A DNA stretch of 64,000 nucleotides from Aplysia californica. Taxonomy: Eukaryota. Positions within the stretch are counted from its first letter, which is position 1. The number at the start of each line of letters is the position of its first letter. The stretch spans positions 313,406-377,405 of the forward strand of contig NW_004797858.1 in NCBI RefSeq assembly GCF_000002075.1. Direction: 5' to 3'. Shown here piece by piece: positions 25,131-37,000 of the stretch. Both the position numbers and the translations under genes were made by a program. Under the pieces are notes generated by a model. It was not told the DNA's origin. It was given only the letters and a program-made list of their open reading frames with translations, and did not search any database.

Positions 25131-26120
25131 AAAATGTCGACATACAATTTCACCATGTTATGTTGGAAAAGGCTTGAGAGCAGGCAAACCAAGCGAGTGA
25201 AGGCCAACAAACCTACACATTTTCTGCTCTTTTGTGAAGATGTTATGAAAAGAAATAATTTTACTTGAATGACTACCCGACCTCAGTGCTTTCTTGTCCT
25301 TTCTCCATTTTTAATAACAGTGAAAACAGTTCATAACAAAGAGTGAGCCAAAGAAGAAGTCACATTTTCAATGTTTAAAAAAAATGGAGATTGGCCAAGA
25401 AAGTACTGAGGTCGCGCGACTAGAAACCAGCGAATATTGAGTTACTTGTAGTCTAGCTGGGACGTTGTGAAATTGGCGAGACACAAAATAAAAGTCTTTT
25501 CATTATGTACGAATTTCACCATGTATGTGTTTCTGAATACAAAGAATATACATATGTGTATTAGAAAAATTCTAAACCTGAACATCTGTTACGTGCATGT
25601 TGGCTATGTGTGTGTGCTGGACAGTCCTTATTTGTGTCACGGCGCGGTGGAGTCAGGCGCTCGTCAATTTTAGGGCACGTGAGGGTTATTGGTATCATCT
25701 TAAAGCCTGTTCATTTGCCTTGCTGTTGGTGAAAAAAATATCAGTCTATGTTGAATAGAAGTCAAAATATTTGCGATTGAAGGAGGTTAGGTTGTCTGGT
25801 TTCAGAGGTAAAAATAAGTGAGAAATGGCTGCCAAAGTTTGGAAACTTTCATATCTTGAGAGTCCTTGGAAACTGAATATATAACATTTTTTGTAACTTT
25901 AATGAATGTTTTTCAATAAAATCAACACGAAAATGTGTTATTAATTTGGACGTAAAAGGTGTTGAGCCAAAAAATAAAATTAGAAAAAAATTGCTCAAAG
26001 GTCAGAAAAATGCCAGTGTCTTCAATTTCTTTATTTTGACAAACTTCTGATTTCACAATGATGTCTCACATCATATTGTTTGTGACAAGAAGGACGATTG
26101 CTGGCTTAACGATGTCTTTC

Positions 26121-26566
26121 GTGGGTGGTTGGCAGGTGCTCTGGTGTGGTTTGCTCCTTCTTTCCTCTCAAACAACTATCGTCTTTATCTCTCCTCTTCT
26201 TTCTTTTTTGTTTGTTACTCTCTTGTAACACCTCTAATCTACGGCACTTATATATGACCTTATTGTGTTGCAAGTGCCATAAAACTCTTATTAGAACTAA
26301 CAATGGTTTCAACTATCATCTTTATCTCTCCTCCTTTTTTGTTTGTTACTCTCTTGTAACACCTCTAATCTTCGGCACTTATATATGACCTTATTGTGTT
26401 GCAAGTGCCATAAAACTCTTATTAGAACTAACAATGGTTTCAACTATCGTCTTTATCTCTCCTCCTTCTTCTTTATGTTTGTTACTCTCTTGTAACACCT
26501 CTAATCTTCGGCACTTATGTATTACCTTATTGTGTTGCAAGTGCCGTAAAACTCTTACTAGAACTA
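26121..26566 (+). mobile_element. Family A retroposon with its 3' part tandemly triplicated
   Basis: One 5' end followed by three body+hairpin units, with flanking near-TSD taacgatg(g)tcttt. Confidence 0.8.
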
Positions 26567-26596
26567 ACGATGGTCTTTGAACGTGTGTTTGTTCAG

Positions 26597-26730
26597 CAGA
26601 GAATCAAGCTAGTCAAGGAACGAAAGAACCCCGCAGAGCTAGTTCGGAGAGCCAAAAAATCGGTGGTGAATTTGCCGAGTTTCTCAGATCTTTGTGCAGG
26701 AAACCTGCTGCTGTTGAGATATCTAAGCAG
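26597..26730 (+). CDS. RABGEF1: Rabex-5 coding exon 3 (tandem CAGCAG acceptor)
   Basis: Encodes ...ASSESQKIGGEFAEFLRSLCRKPAAVEISKQ (start of helical bundle); donor CAG|GTAAAT. Confidence 0.9.
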
Positions 26731-26804
26731 GTAAATTCTTTGCCGTTTTTTTTTGTGTGTTCCTTTTTGCGTGTGTGTGTGGGTTCCTTTTTTTTACGCC
26801 TCCT

Positions 26805-27031
26805 TGGACGCAAGCCCAGCGGAAGCATCACAAGACAGTCACTGCAATGGAACCCACAGGGAGCACGAGGCAGGGGTAGGCCTCAGGAAACATGGAGGAG
26901 ATGCGTGAAAATGGACATGAGAGAGATGAAGCTTATTGGAACGAGCTTGGAAGGATGACCCAGGACAGAGGTTTAGGAAGGAGCTTTTATGTGGCCTATA
27001 CCCTGCCAGGGGTGAAAGGCGTTGATGATGG
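26805..27031 (+). mobile_element. RTE-clade LINE 3' end
   Basis: Encodes ITRQSLQWNPQGARGRGRPQETWRR, a typical RTE ORF C-terminus, and ends in (GAT)n. Confidence 0.8.
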
Positions 27032-27039
27032 ACGCTAGT

Positions 27040-27222
27040 TAGATCATTCAGGAGGCTGGCTATGACCCTGCCTGTGAGGGCCAGGCCAGGTTGAGACAGA
27101 CGCAAGTTCTCAGCAGAAAGGCTGAAATACGCAATAACAAATTCTTCTTACTCGGTGTTCGAATTTAATTCTTCTCTGCGTGCGACAGCGAGGGGCCTAA
27201 CTGCTACGCCACTGAACACAGT
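27040..27222 (-). mobile_element. tRNA-derived SINE (family S), diverged
   Basis: Minus strand gtggcgtagcagttagg...ttcgaacacc head plus body ending gccctcacaggcagggtc. Confidence 0.6.
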
Positions 27223-27271
27223 AAACTCTTTGCATGTTTACTCTAATCACACTGCTTTTGCACTTGTGCTA

Positions 27272-27460
27272 CAGTAGAACACTGCTCTAGCGGGACTTTT
27301 AGTTCCAGAAGAAAAATCTCACTGCAGACAAGTTCCTGCTACAGGAATGCAAAGGGGAATTAGGGAAAAATCACACACTACACGCAAAAGGGATTCCGGT
27401 ACGGTCCCGCTGTAGGGATGGTCCTGCTGCAGCGGGTGCTGCTATAGTCATGTCCTACTG
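27272..27460. mobile_element. pogo-like MITE
   Basis: TA|CAGTAGAAC...GTCCTACTG|TA. Confidence 0.6.
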
Positions 27461-27613
27461 TATAAGGTTACTGGATAGAGAGATGGACAGATTTTTTTTA
27501 GAAAACAAAGAGCAAACCACACCAAAGTACCCACCAACCGCCCACAGGAAAGTATTGCGTGTTTCATTCTTTTGACACCCCCCTCCGTGCCTCTGCTTGT
27601 TCGGTCTATTGTT

Positions 27614-27800
27614 TTCATCATCATCATTGCCTTTTTCACCCTTCACCAGGGTATAGGCCACGGACAAACACTTTCCACTTTTCTCTATCCTGGGCTAGCT
27701 TCTTGATGTTATTCCATGTCTTCCGACTTTTCTGTACATCAATTTCTGTGGTTCTTCTCCAGGTTCCACGCAGTCTTCCTCTTGATCTTTTACCCTGTTC
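27614..27800 (-). mobile_element. RTE-clade LINE 3' end, opposite orientation
   Basis: Minus strand encodes QGKRSRGRLRGTWRR...AQDREKWKVFVRGLYP with a (GAT)n tail. Confidence 0.8.
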
Positions 27801-28336
27801 TCTTGTTTTGCTTTCCTCCTACCACTGAATGGTCACGATCATTTTGTCTACACTTCTTCCCATCTCCCCCTTTGATGTATCATTGGCCAGCTTTTCAAAT
27901 GTACAAATCCCAGAATTCTTAATTTAAATAATTTTTATTGCGTTTTCTTCTTTTGTGGTATGGGTTGCATGTGCATGAGAAATATTTTGTTGAAATTCGG
28001 ATTCTAAGTGTTAAAAAAAAAAGCAAGAAAACAATTTGTTACGCAGGTACGATTCTTAAAAGAAGGAAACACATTTGCCTCACTCCTGAAAAGAAAAAAA
28101 AATTTGTAGGTGGTCAGCGGGTGCTCTGGTGTGGTTTGCTCCTTCTTTCTAATCAAACATCTATCGTCCTTATCTCCCTTCCCTTCACTTTTTGTGTTTG
28201 TTACTCTCTTGTAACACCTCTAATCTTTGGCACTTATATGACCTTTTTACTGTGAGGAAATAATGCGTTGATTTGTTTGCCTTCTCATTGACTTTTCACC
28301 GTAGTGTTGACGGATTTGTCTTTCTTTTTATGACAG

Positions 28337-28460
28337 GTTCGAGGATTTATTGAACGGATACAGTACAATCAGGATGTGAACATACTGGATTTATCCGAGA
28401 TGGTGCAAGATTTTTATGGCATTTTGTCTGATAAACTAAATACTCAACCGGTGTTCAGAG
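28337..28460 (+). CDS. RABGEF1: Rabex-5 coding exon 4
   Basis: VRGFIERI...LSEMVQDFYGIL helical bundle; AG/GTAAGT boundaries. Confidence 0.93.
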
Positions 28461-29192
28461 GTAAGTTCTTTTTTTATTTTCCTAATGAATGTAGAATTAT
28501 TTTTTAAATGTTTGATTCACAGTAGTGTATGTAATGTGGGACTTGACATCACTGATATGATGATCAAATTATTATCCAAAACTTGGTTTCAGTTACATAC
28601 TTACTACTTAACAAATTCTTCAGGGTTTTTGAAAACTCATGGTATCTATGTCCTTGAGGATTTTTTTTAGAAAGAAGCTAGTCGTACTTAATGACGACTA
28701 GACTGCTAGGCTAGCTGTACTTAATAATGATGGTTAGACTGACAAACAGCAAAAAATAGACCGACTAAATTGTAAATTAATTTTTTGTTTTCATTTTAAA
28801 GCCTGTCCATTTGCCTTGCTTTTCATGAAAAAAATATTCATTTGTTTTGGATACAAGTCAAGATATTGGTGATTGAAGGAGGTGGGGGTTGCTTGGTTTC
28901 AGTAAAATTAGCGAGAAAATGGCTGCCAAAGTTGAGTTATTTCCTTAACTTGAGAGTCTGTGGAAACTCAAAATTTATATCTTTCATGCCTTTGATCAAC
29001 GTTTTTCAGTAAAATGCACACATGAATGTGTTCTTTAGTGGGAATGAAAGGTCAAAATACAAAAAAAAATTGATAAAAATTCCCAAACCTGTAGAAAAAA
29101 TGCCAGTTTCTTCACTTTCCATTATTTTGACGAGCACCTGATTTCACCACGCTGCCTCACACGTATATATTATTGTGAACTTTTGTATTCAG

Positions 29193-29420
29193 GTTTCTCC
29201 CAAGAAGTGATTGAGAAGATACTGGACTACACAGAGAGGTACATCCTCACTCGCCTCTACCCGTCCATCTTCTACTCCCTGACCATGACGGACGAGGAGA
29301 GGGACCTGGCCATCCAGACCCGCATCCGCAGCCTTCACTGGGTCACCGCCACCCAGCTGGACACTCTGATCAACGAGAACGACCCAACCATTCGGCACGA
29401 GCTGGACAGTGCAATCACAG
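29193..29420 (+). CDS. RABGEF1: Rabex-5 coding exon 5
   Basis: ERYILTRLY...DEERDLAIQTRIRSLHWVT; phase 1-1 exon. Confidence 0.95.
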
Positions 29421-29869
29421 GTCAGCCATTGTTAAGACATTTTAAAAAAAAATAAAAAAATTTTTAAATTATTTTTTTTGGTGTGGTGCAGCGCTCGCAA
29501 CTGCACACACACCGTTTAACACATACAGTACTGAAGGCTCATATGTGAAAACCCCCCAAGTACTGCACCATTTTAGATCGCTGAAGTCATGGTAGAAGGT
29601 TTTTTTTAGATTAAAAAAGCCTTGGCAGCTCAAGAAACATGCTTTCAAAATCCCTAGAGGTTCATCACCCATTCATCTATCATTTCGAGTGACTTCCTTT
29701 GGTATTTACTTCAGTGCAGTGCGTCCGTTCGTTGATTAATTATGTTTTGTGTGTCTGGTCGCCGAGGCACTGTAAGTGTTAAATAACCTAATAGAGTTGA
29801 TAAGGGCGTAAAACTTGTACATTTGTACACTTTCTTACAAAGGCAGGTGACCTCACTCAGCAAACTACT

Positions 29870-30040
29870 GGTGTCTGTCGTGTAGTGGTCAGATGCTTTG
29901 TTGACGCACGCAGGAGACCCCAGTTCGAATCCCAAGTAGGGAGAATTTTTACCGAGTATCTCGGGTCTTTCTGCTGGGATGTTGTATCCCTCTAAGCGCG
30001 GGTTGGCCCTGACAGGCAGGGTCAGAAGCCCACCACTAAT
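29870..30040 (+). mobile_element. tRNA-derived SINE (family S), abutting a MITE insertion
   Basis: A-box tgtagtgg, B-box gttcgaatccc, and the family S body. Confidence 0.75.
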
Positions 30041-30045
30041 TAATA

Positions 30046-30788
30046 CAGTCAAACCTGTGTAAGACGGCCACCCATTGTCAAGGAGAAAAGTGGCTGTTTA
30101 AGACAAGAGGCCGTCTTAGGCAGGACTGATCGAAAGTAGCCGCACTGTCGTTGTTTTTGTTGTTGTTGGTTTGTATTTTGTTTGTTATTTTTATTTCGTT
30201 GCTGATTTTGCGCAAGAGTGACAATAAAACGAAATGTATCAGACAAGGAAGACCGAGTACCATGTTAAAACAAACACATGGGTCGCCACCACTCGCAGAA
30301 CGAGTGACGCGTTCATGTTGACGTCCATTGTTTCTTTGTTACAGACTGGGTAAACAGTCACCACCCATCTCACTTATGATTGTGAAGAGTTCTGGGCGGG
30401 GCTTATGAGTTATCAGGGATCACCAGCAGCTGAAAATTGGTACCTATTGGTCAACAGTGGGAGGGGCCTACCCAACAAGATCGTTTGGAGGGACTACCTA
30501 ACAACAACGACAGTTGATTGAATTATGACGGCTCGCCCACAATGCCAGGGGCCAGTGCATAGTTTATGGCAAAACGTAATGGAGTCACTAAGGTGGCCGT
30601 CTAAGACAGGTGTTATTGCTTAGTGTGATAGGGGTTGTGTGTTAAAATATGCTGGCCGCGGCCGCGTGGGACAGGTGCCCGTTTTACACAGTTAAATTAT
30701 ATAGAAAAAACGCAAGGGGGGAAATGGAAAGTGGCCGTTTGTACAGGTGGCCGTCTTATAGAGGTGGCCGTCAGGGCAGGTTTGACTG
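30046..30788. mobile_element. pogo/Tigger-like non-autonomous DNA transposon
   Basis: Perfect TIR CAGTCAAACCTG / CAGGTTTGACTG with TA TSD. Confidence 0.88.
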
Positions 30789-31140
30789 TATATCCAGTGC
30801 CCATTGGCTGATCAGTTCTCTAATACAAACTGATCGCCTGAATTGAGAGCCTTGAGAACCAAACACGTTTGATTTCGTGGCCGCGAGTCAAGCGATCGGT
30901 CTCTACCACAACGGTCGCTTTTCAGCCCTCAATCTAGGCTAGCCCCCACCTACCGAACCGAACCGAACCAAACCAAACCGAACTGAACTGAATCGATCGT
31001 GCCAATTGACACTGCTTTCAGTTTTTAAAAGTTGGCACCTATGTGTATGTGATATAAATTGTGTTGACAGGGGTGTAAAAACCACTACATGAAAAGAAAA
31101 CAAATATCCAATGAAATCCCCCCTGGCTGCCTGTCCTCAG

Positions 31141-31397
31141 ACATCATAGAGCTGGACTCGAAGCGAGCCACGCAGGACAAGCTTCAGTGCATCGTGAGCT
31201 GCAGCAAGCACATCTTCGAGGTTCTGCGCCAGTCGAAGCAAGGGCCGGCCAGTGCCGACGAGTTCCTGCCCGCCCTCATCTATATCGTGCTCAAGGCCAA
31301 CCCGCCCCTGCTCCAGTCCAACATCCAGTACATCACGCGCTTCGCCAACCCCACGCGCCTCATGAGTGGTGAGGAGGGATACTACTTCACCAACTTG
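31141..31397 (+). CDS. RABGEF1: Rabex-5 coding exon 6, VPS9 catalytic core
   Basis: [34 protein letters not shown] and [11 protein letters not shown], with the catalytic D/P/Y/T residues intact; donor TTG|GTGAGT. Confidence 0.97.
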
Positions 31398-32028
31398 GTG
31401 AGTTGAAAGTGCTGTTCTCTCAGGGTAAGAGATGAAGGGGGAGACCACGGGGAGGAGGGCTATTACTTCACCGACCTGGTGAGTTGAAAGCTTTTCTCAG
31501 GGTAAGAGATGAAGGGGAAGACCACGGGCAGGGATCACAGTTTTCCATGGATCCGCAATTTTCCATGATTGTGAGAACTTCCCAAAATCTCGGCGGTCAT
31601 TCCGCCCTGGCCTTTAGCCGGGCCACGGTAGGCCTGGAGTCGCCTGAGATCGGCCCTAAGGCGCCCTGCAATATGCGAGTGAGATGGCTTGGGGGGAAAA
31701 GGAAGTCACGAGCTGTAAGGAAAACATGCACTCTCCTTTGTTTGGAGGTGAACCAGAACTGACCTTCCCCCTCTTCTTCTTTGGTTTATTTTGCATTTTT
31801 TAAACTGATGAAGCGTGGGGGGGGGGGGCACAATATTTACGAAAGTCTATTGGATCGACTGTGAAAGTTTAGGGGTTGGTGAAAAATTTCACTGTGATCT
31901 CTGGCCACGGGGATTAGGGCTACTGCTTCACCAACTTTGTGAGTTAAAAGCGCGGATTATGCTTTTCTTGAAAGCGCGGACTTTGCTCACAGAAATTTTG
32001 ACGTTTTTTGTTTGTTTTTTCCCCCTAG

Positions 32029-32940
32029 TGTTGCGCGGTCTCCTTCATCGAGAGTATCAACGCAGACTCTCTGAACCTGAGCACCACAGAGTTTGACCGC
32101 TACATGTCCGGGGAGGCAGTGCCGCCGGGCGCGGGGAACGAGCACCTGTGCCAAGGGCTGCGACTCATGTACGAGAACCTGCGCGTGCTGGGCGAGCTGC
32201 GACAGAGGCAGGAGAAGGTGATGGCCGAGGCGCTACAGCTGCAGGCTGACATGAACCAGTTCAAGGAGACCTTCACCCTCCGCGTCAACAAGACCTTGGA
32301 GAGGACGCCGCTCACCATTCGGCCACGGAAGGTCAAGGTCGATTTGGACGCTGAATTTTCCGGGAGCAACAGTAATCTCCCTTCACCGCTCATCCCGATG
32401 AGGGTTCACGTTATCGGTGATAGTGGTGGGTCTGCGCTGGAGGTTGAGGCTGGCGACGACGTTTCTTCCGAGGACAAAGAAAACGTGGAGGATGAAGCCG
32501 CCCCTCAAGAGGAAGTGAGTCATCGCTCTCCCGAGAGTGCAGCGGTGGTGAATTTCGACGTGGTGTCGGTCGTCGCGGAAGGGAAGGCGACTTCGTCGGG
32601 CGCGGAGGAGTCGAGTCTGGAGCTGTCCTTGTCAGCGGCGCACCATCATCTGATGGGGGGGGAGGAGGACATGAGCCAAACCATTAACGATATTCTCTTG
32701 GGGAGTGACGGAGACGACAGCGAGGACGCTAGCTGTGACATCACAGATGACCTTGACGATGACATGGACACGGGGACCAGCGAGATGGCGGCGGGCGTGA
32801 CAGACGCGACGATAGATGGAGGAGTCGGTGGCGAGATTCCCCCGCGGGACGTACACGACACAGATCAAGAAATGGCGGCGCAGCACGAGGTCGCGGCCGA
32901 GGTGGTTGTGAATGCGGGGCAGGCGGAAGGTCAGGGTTGA
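32029..32940 (+). CDS. RABGEF1: Rabex-5 terminal exon: end of VPS9, coiled coil, LPSPLIP, long acidic tail
   Basis: Acceptor ccccctAG, then CCAVSFIESINADSLNLSTTEFDRYMSG. The total spliced CDS is 1983 nt = 660 aa. Confidence 0.93.
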   Translation, partial: CCAVSFIESINADSLNLSTTEFDRYMSGEAVPPGAGNEHLCQGLRLMYENLRVLGELRQRQEKVMAEALQLQADMNQFKETFTLRVNKTLERTPLTIRPRKVKVDLDAEFSGSNSNLPSPLIPMRVHVIGDSGGSALEVEAGDDVSSEDKENVEDEAAPQEEVSHRSPESAAVVNFDVVSVVAEGKATSSGAEESSLELSLSAAHHHLMGGEEDMSQTINDILLGSDGDDSEDASCDITDDLDDDMDTGTSEMAAGVTDATIDGGVGGEIPPRDVHDTDQEMAAQHEVAAEVVVNAGQAEGQG

Positions 32941-33210
32941 GCGGAAGGTCAGGGTTGAGCGGACGGTAGCGTTTGTGTTGCGACACGGTGGAATCAGATG
33001 GTCGTCATTGTCTTGTTTTGGGCATATATGTTTATAGAGGTAAGGGGTTCATCTTAAAACTTTGCCGTCACATCTCGCAGATTGGCGATGTTTACCATCC
33101 AGTTTCTTTGGATTTTCCCCAAAATGCCTTTGCCTTTGATGAATATAAAAGAAGTTGATTGAATTTGAATTTTAAAATATTCTCTCAAAATTGCTCAACG
33201 AACAGTAATA

Positions 33211-33361
33211 CAGTCAAACCTGTGTAAGACGGCCAGCCATTGTCAAGGAGAAAAGTGGCCGTATAAGAAAGGTGGTTGTCTTAGGCAGGACTGATCAAGA
33301 TGAAGAAAACAAACATTTCCCATCTGAGGCCCCTATCAAAGTAGCCCCATTGTTGTTGTCT

Positions 33362-33394
<33 letters not shown>

Positions 33395-34038
33395 TGTATT
33401 TCGTTTGTAATTTTTATTTTGTTGTTGATTTTGCACAAGTGTGACAATAAAACGAAATGTATCTGACAAGGAAGACCGAGTGCCATGTTAAAACAAACAC
33501 ATGGGTCGCCACCACTCGGAGAACGAGGGACACTTCTGTAACAAGTTCATGTTGACGTCTTTTGTTACTTTGTTACAGGCTGGGTAAACAGTGACCTCTC
33601 ATCTCACTTACGATTTGTGTATGAGTTCTGGGCGGGACTCATGGGTTATGAGGGATCACACGCTTACCTCACCAGCAGCTGAAAATTTGTAGCTATTGGT
33701 CAACAGTGGGAGGGGCCTACGCAACATGATCGGTTGGAGGGACTACCTAACAACAACGACAGGTGATTGAATTGTGACGGCTCGCCCACAACGCCAGGGG
33801 CCAAAGCACAATTTATGACAAAACGTAATGAAGTCACTATGGTGGCTGTCTAAGACAGGTGTTATTGCTTAGTGTGATAGGGGTTGTGTGTTAAAATATG
33901 GTGGCCGCGGCCGCGTTGGGCAGGTGCCAGTTTTACACAGTTAAATCATATAGAAAAAACGCAAGGGGGGGGAATGGAAAGTGGCCGTTTGTACAGGTGG
34001 CCGTCTTATAGAGGTGGCCGTCAGGGCAGGTTTGACTG
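33211..34038. mobile_element. Second copy of the same pogo/Tigger-like element (RABGEF1 3'UTR region)
   Basis: Same TIRs and TA TSD; colinear with 30046-30788. Confidence 0.88.
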
Positions 34039-37000
34039 TATATCTGTGTCTTTGAATCGCTTGTTTTGACGAGGTCCTGATTTCACCGTGCTGACTCACG
34101 GTTCTCGTCACTGTCAAAAATCATTCAGCTGAAAACATCTTTTCGCTCCTGATGGGGGTGATGGTAGAAAATGAGGAATCTTTTTATACGGTAACTAGAC
34201 TAACAAGATGAGGTGTTTGTGATCATTTTCCTTTGTCTTCCATGACATGCGCTGTTTTGTTTTGGTATTGTTTGTTATTTTGTTGGGGGGGTTTTTTGGT
34301 TATTTTGTGGGCATTTTTTCTGTACTTTTTTCTCTCTTCCTCCCCCCCTCGCGCCCCTATTATTTCCCCGGTATGAGAAATTGATGGACCTTGTACTCGA
34401 TGCAAAGTCTACGGGGTTTTTCTGTTATAACATCTGTACTCGGTATTTATTTCCCGAGACATTTTCGCTTGGTGCTTAAGATTTTGTTGAGAAATAACCT
34501 TTGTTTTCAGTGGTGTTTTTCATTAGTGTGGATTTGAATAGGTTTGAATCTTGGGGTTCAGCGCAGATGTTAGTTTCTCCCAGATAAATTAATTGCTTGT
34601 GATTAATGTTTTTCCACCTCAGTGGTAGATAGTTGTTTTGTGTCCGTGGTAGTTTTTATCGCCCTTTGAATTGGATGTGAAGGGCTCCTTTGTGATAGTC
34701 TCCGCGTTCCTTACCAGATTCTTGTTACGTGTCAGCTGATTACTGTGGTACCGTGCGACATTTGTGCTACATATTTGTGTCATGACGTGGTGGAATTAAG
34801 CGCGCCGCTCGTCAAATTTTTGGCCTGTGGAGGTATTGGTATCATCTTAAAGCCTGTCCTTTTGCCTTGCTTTTGATGAAAAAAGTATTTCTTGGATACA
34901 AATCGAGAAATTGGCGATTGAAGGAAGTGGGGTCACCTGGTTTCAGAGGTAAAATTAGCAAAAAAATGGCTGCCGAAGTTTAGTTATTTCCTTAGCTTGA
35001 ATGCTCGTGGGAACTGAAAATGTACATCGTTTGTGCATTTAATCAGTTTTTCAGTACTATCAACTCGGAAGTTAATTTTTTTATGGGAATAAAAGGGGTT
35101 AAGCCGAAAAACAAGAATTCCTTAAAGATCCCGAAAACCTGCGGAAAAATACCAGTTTCTCCACTTTCATTATTTTGACGAGCGCCTAATTTCACCACGC
35201 TGCCTCACATATGTTTGTGTGTGAGGGGAGCGGGAGGCTCATGTGATGGGTTGCTTCAGACGTCGGGCGATGCTGTTGCGACAGACTGACATCCCGACGA
35301 TAATTTAGTATTATTTATTCCATTTTGTGTATCACTAAGTCCAGATATGCTCATGTACAGTGGGTGGTTGGCGGGTGCTCTGGTGTGGTTTGCTCCTTCT
35401 TACCCTTCCCTATCAAACATCTATCGTCTTTTTATCTCTCTTCATGTTCTTTTCTGTGTGTGCCACTCTCTTGTAACACCTCTAGTCTTTTGGCGCTCAT
35501 ATGACCTTATGCAGTTGCGAGCGCCGTAAAACCTCTACTAAATCTAAAACTATCCCTGTTTATGTTCCTATCTTTGTGTGTTACTCTCTAGTACTAGTAA
35601 CACCTCTAGTCTTCGGCGCTTAAAGTTGTTTTTAGGCCTTTCCCAAGGGGGGTGTATTAACATGTTCTAATGCACAGTAGAATTGTAAATGGGCTGATTT
35701 ATCAATGTCACGCTCATACTGTGACCTAAAAAAAGCGGTGTCTGTATGTGTCTCCAAAGCCTCAAGGAGCTGATTCCGGTGTGTTGTGTGTGTTCACGGG
35801 AGAGAATGCTCAGAGCTTGTATCGTGTCGTAGATTTGTCTCGATTTTAAGCAGTGTTTTCTCTGGACTGGTGGTTGGATGGTGTGAACCTTTGGCTTTGT
35901 GGAAGGTGCCACTGGTATTGTCTACCTTTTTTTCTTTCCTTTTCTCATGTCTGTCTGTCCGTCTTGCTTCTTCCTTGCTTTTATTGTCCATTGTTGTGTC
36001 CATAATATGCATCTCTGTACTCAAACCAAACCGATAAATGTGGGGGGTTGACGGGTGCTCTGGTGTGGTTTGCTCCTTCTTTCCTATCAAACAACTATCA
36101 TCCTTATCCTTCTTTTTTATGTTTGTTACTCTCTTGTAACACCTCTAATCTTCAGCACTTATATGACCGTATTGTGTTGCAAGTGCCATAAAACGGTCAC
36201 TAAAACAAAAAGAAAACCAGACCGGTAAATGGCGCTTGTGAATGAGTTGCTGTCCTGTTGAGACGTAGTCATCGAAACTGTTTTAGTTTTCTTAAGAGTT
36301 TTACGGCACTTGCAACACAATAAGGTCATGTAAGTGTCAAAGATTAGAGGTGTTACAAGAGAGTAACAAGCAAAAAAAAGAAGGGGGAGGGGTCAGGACA
36401 GATGTTTTTGATAGGAAAGAAGGAGCAAACCACACCAGAGCACCCACCAACCACTCACAGTTCATACCGCAGAAGCTCCCAAGGCCGGGTAACGTGATAT
36501 TTGAACCAGTCACTCCTGAATGGCGCGCTCGCAAATGTTTGTTGTTCACAATTGTTGTTGGAAACAACCAAGTCAATTTTCTCCCTGCGAGGTGAATGAA
36601 GATTGTTGGTCTCATTTGAGTTTTCAACACTTTGCCGTCACATCTCGCCGATCGGCGATGTTTAAAACCCAGTTTCTTTGGATTTTCCCCCAAATGGCTT
36701 TGCCTTTGATGGCAAGGGTTTTTAACTATATGAGCCTTGTGATGGCACAGTGGTAATTGACCAAGTCAGTGTGAATACTGCTTAGAATAGAACTGAATGA
36801 GATTGTTGTTCTCATTGAGACTTTACCACCTCCGTGTCAACGGTGCTTAAGAATTAGAATAGAACTGATTTGTGTACAAGTTCCTAAAGGAATCATTGTG
36901 TAGATTTATAACTTGGTTGATGGGAGACTGTGAAAAAATCTGTTGTTGGAAATGTGTGTTTGTGCTTATATTATACCACTTGTGGTGTGTGATCGGTTAT

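Noticed and set aside
29872-29942. Possible tRNA gene (also 12490-12565 and 4365-4415)
   Set aside because: A/B boxes are present but no complete cloverleaf, and the 29872 copy continues into a repeated SINE body.
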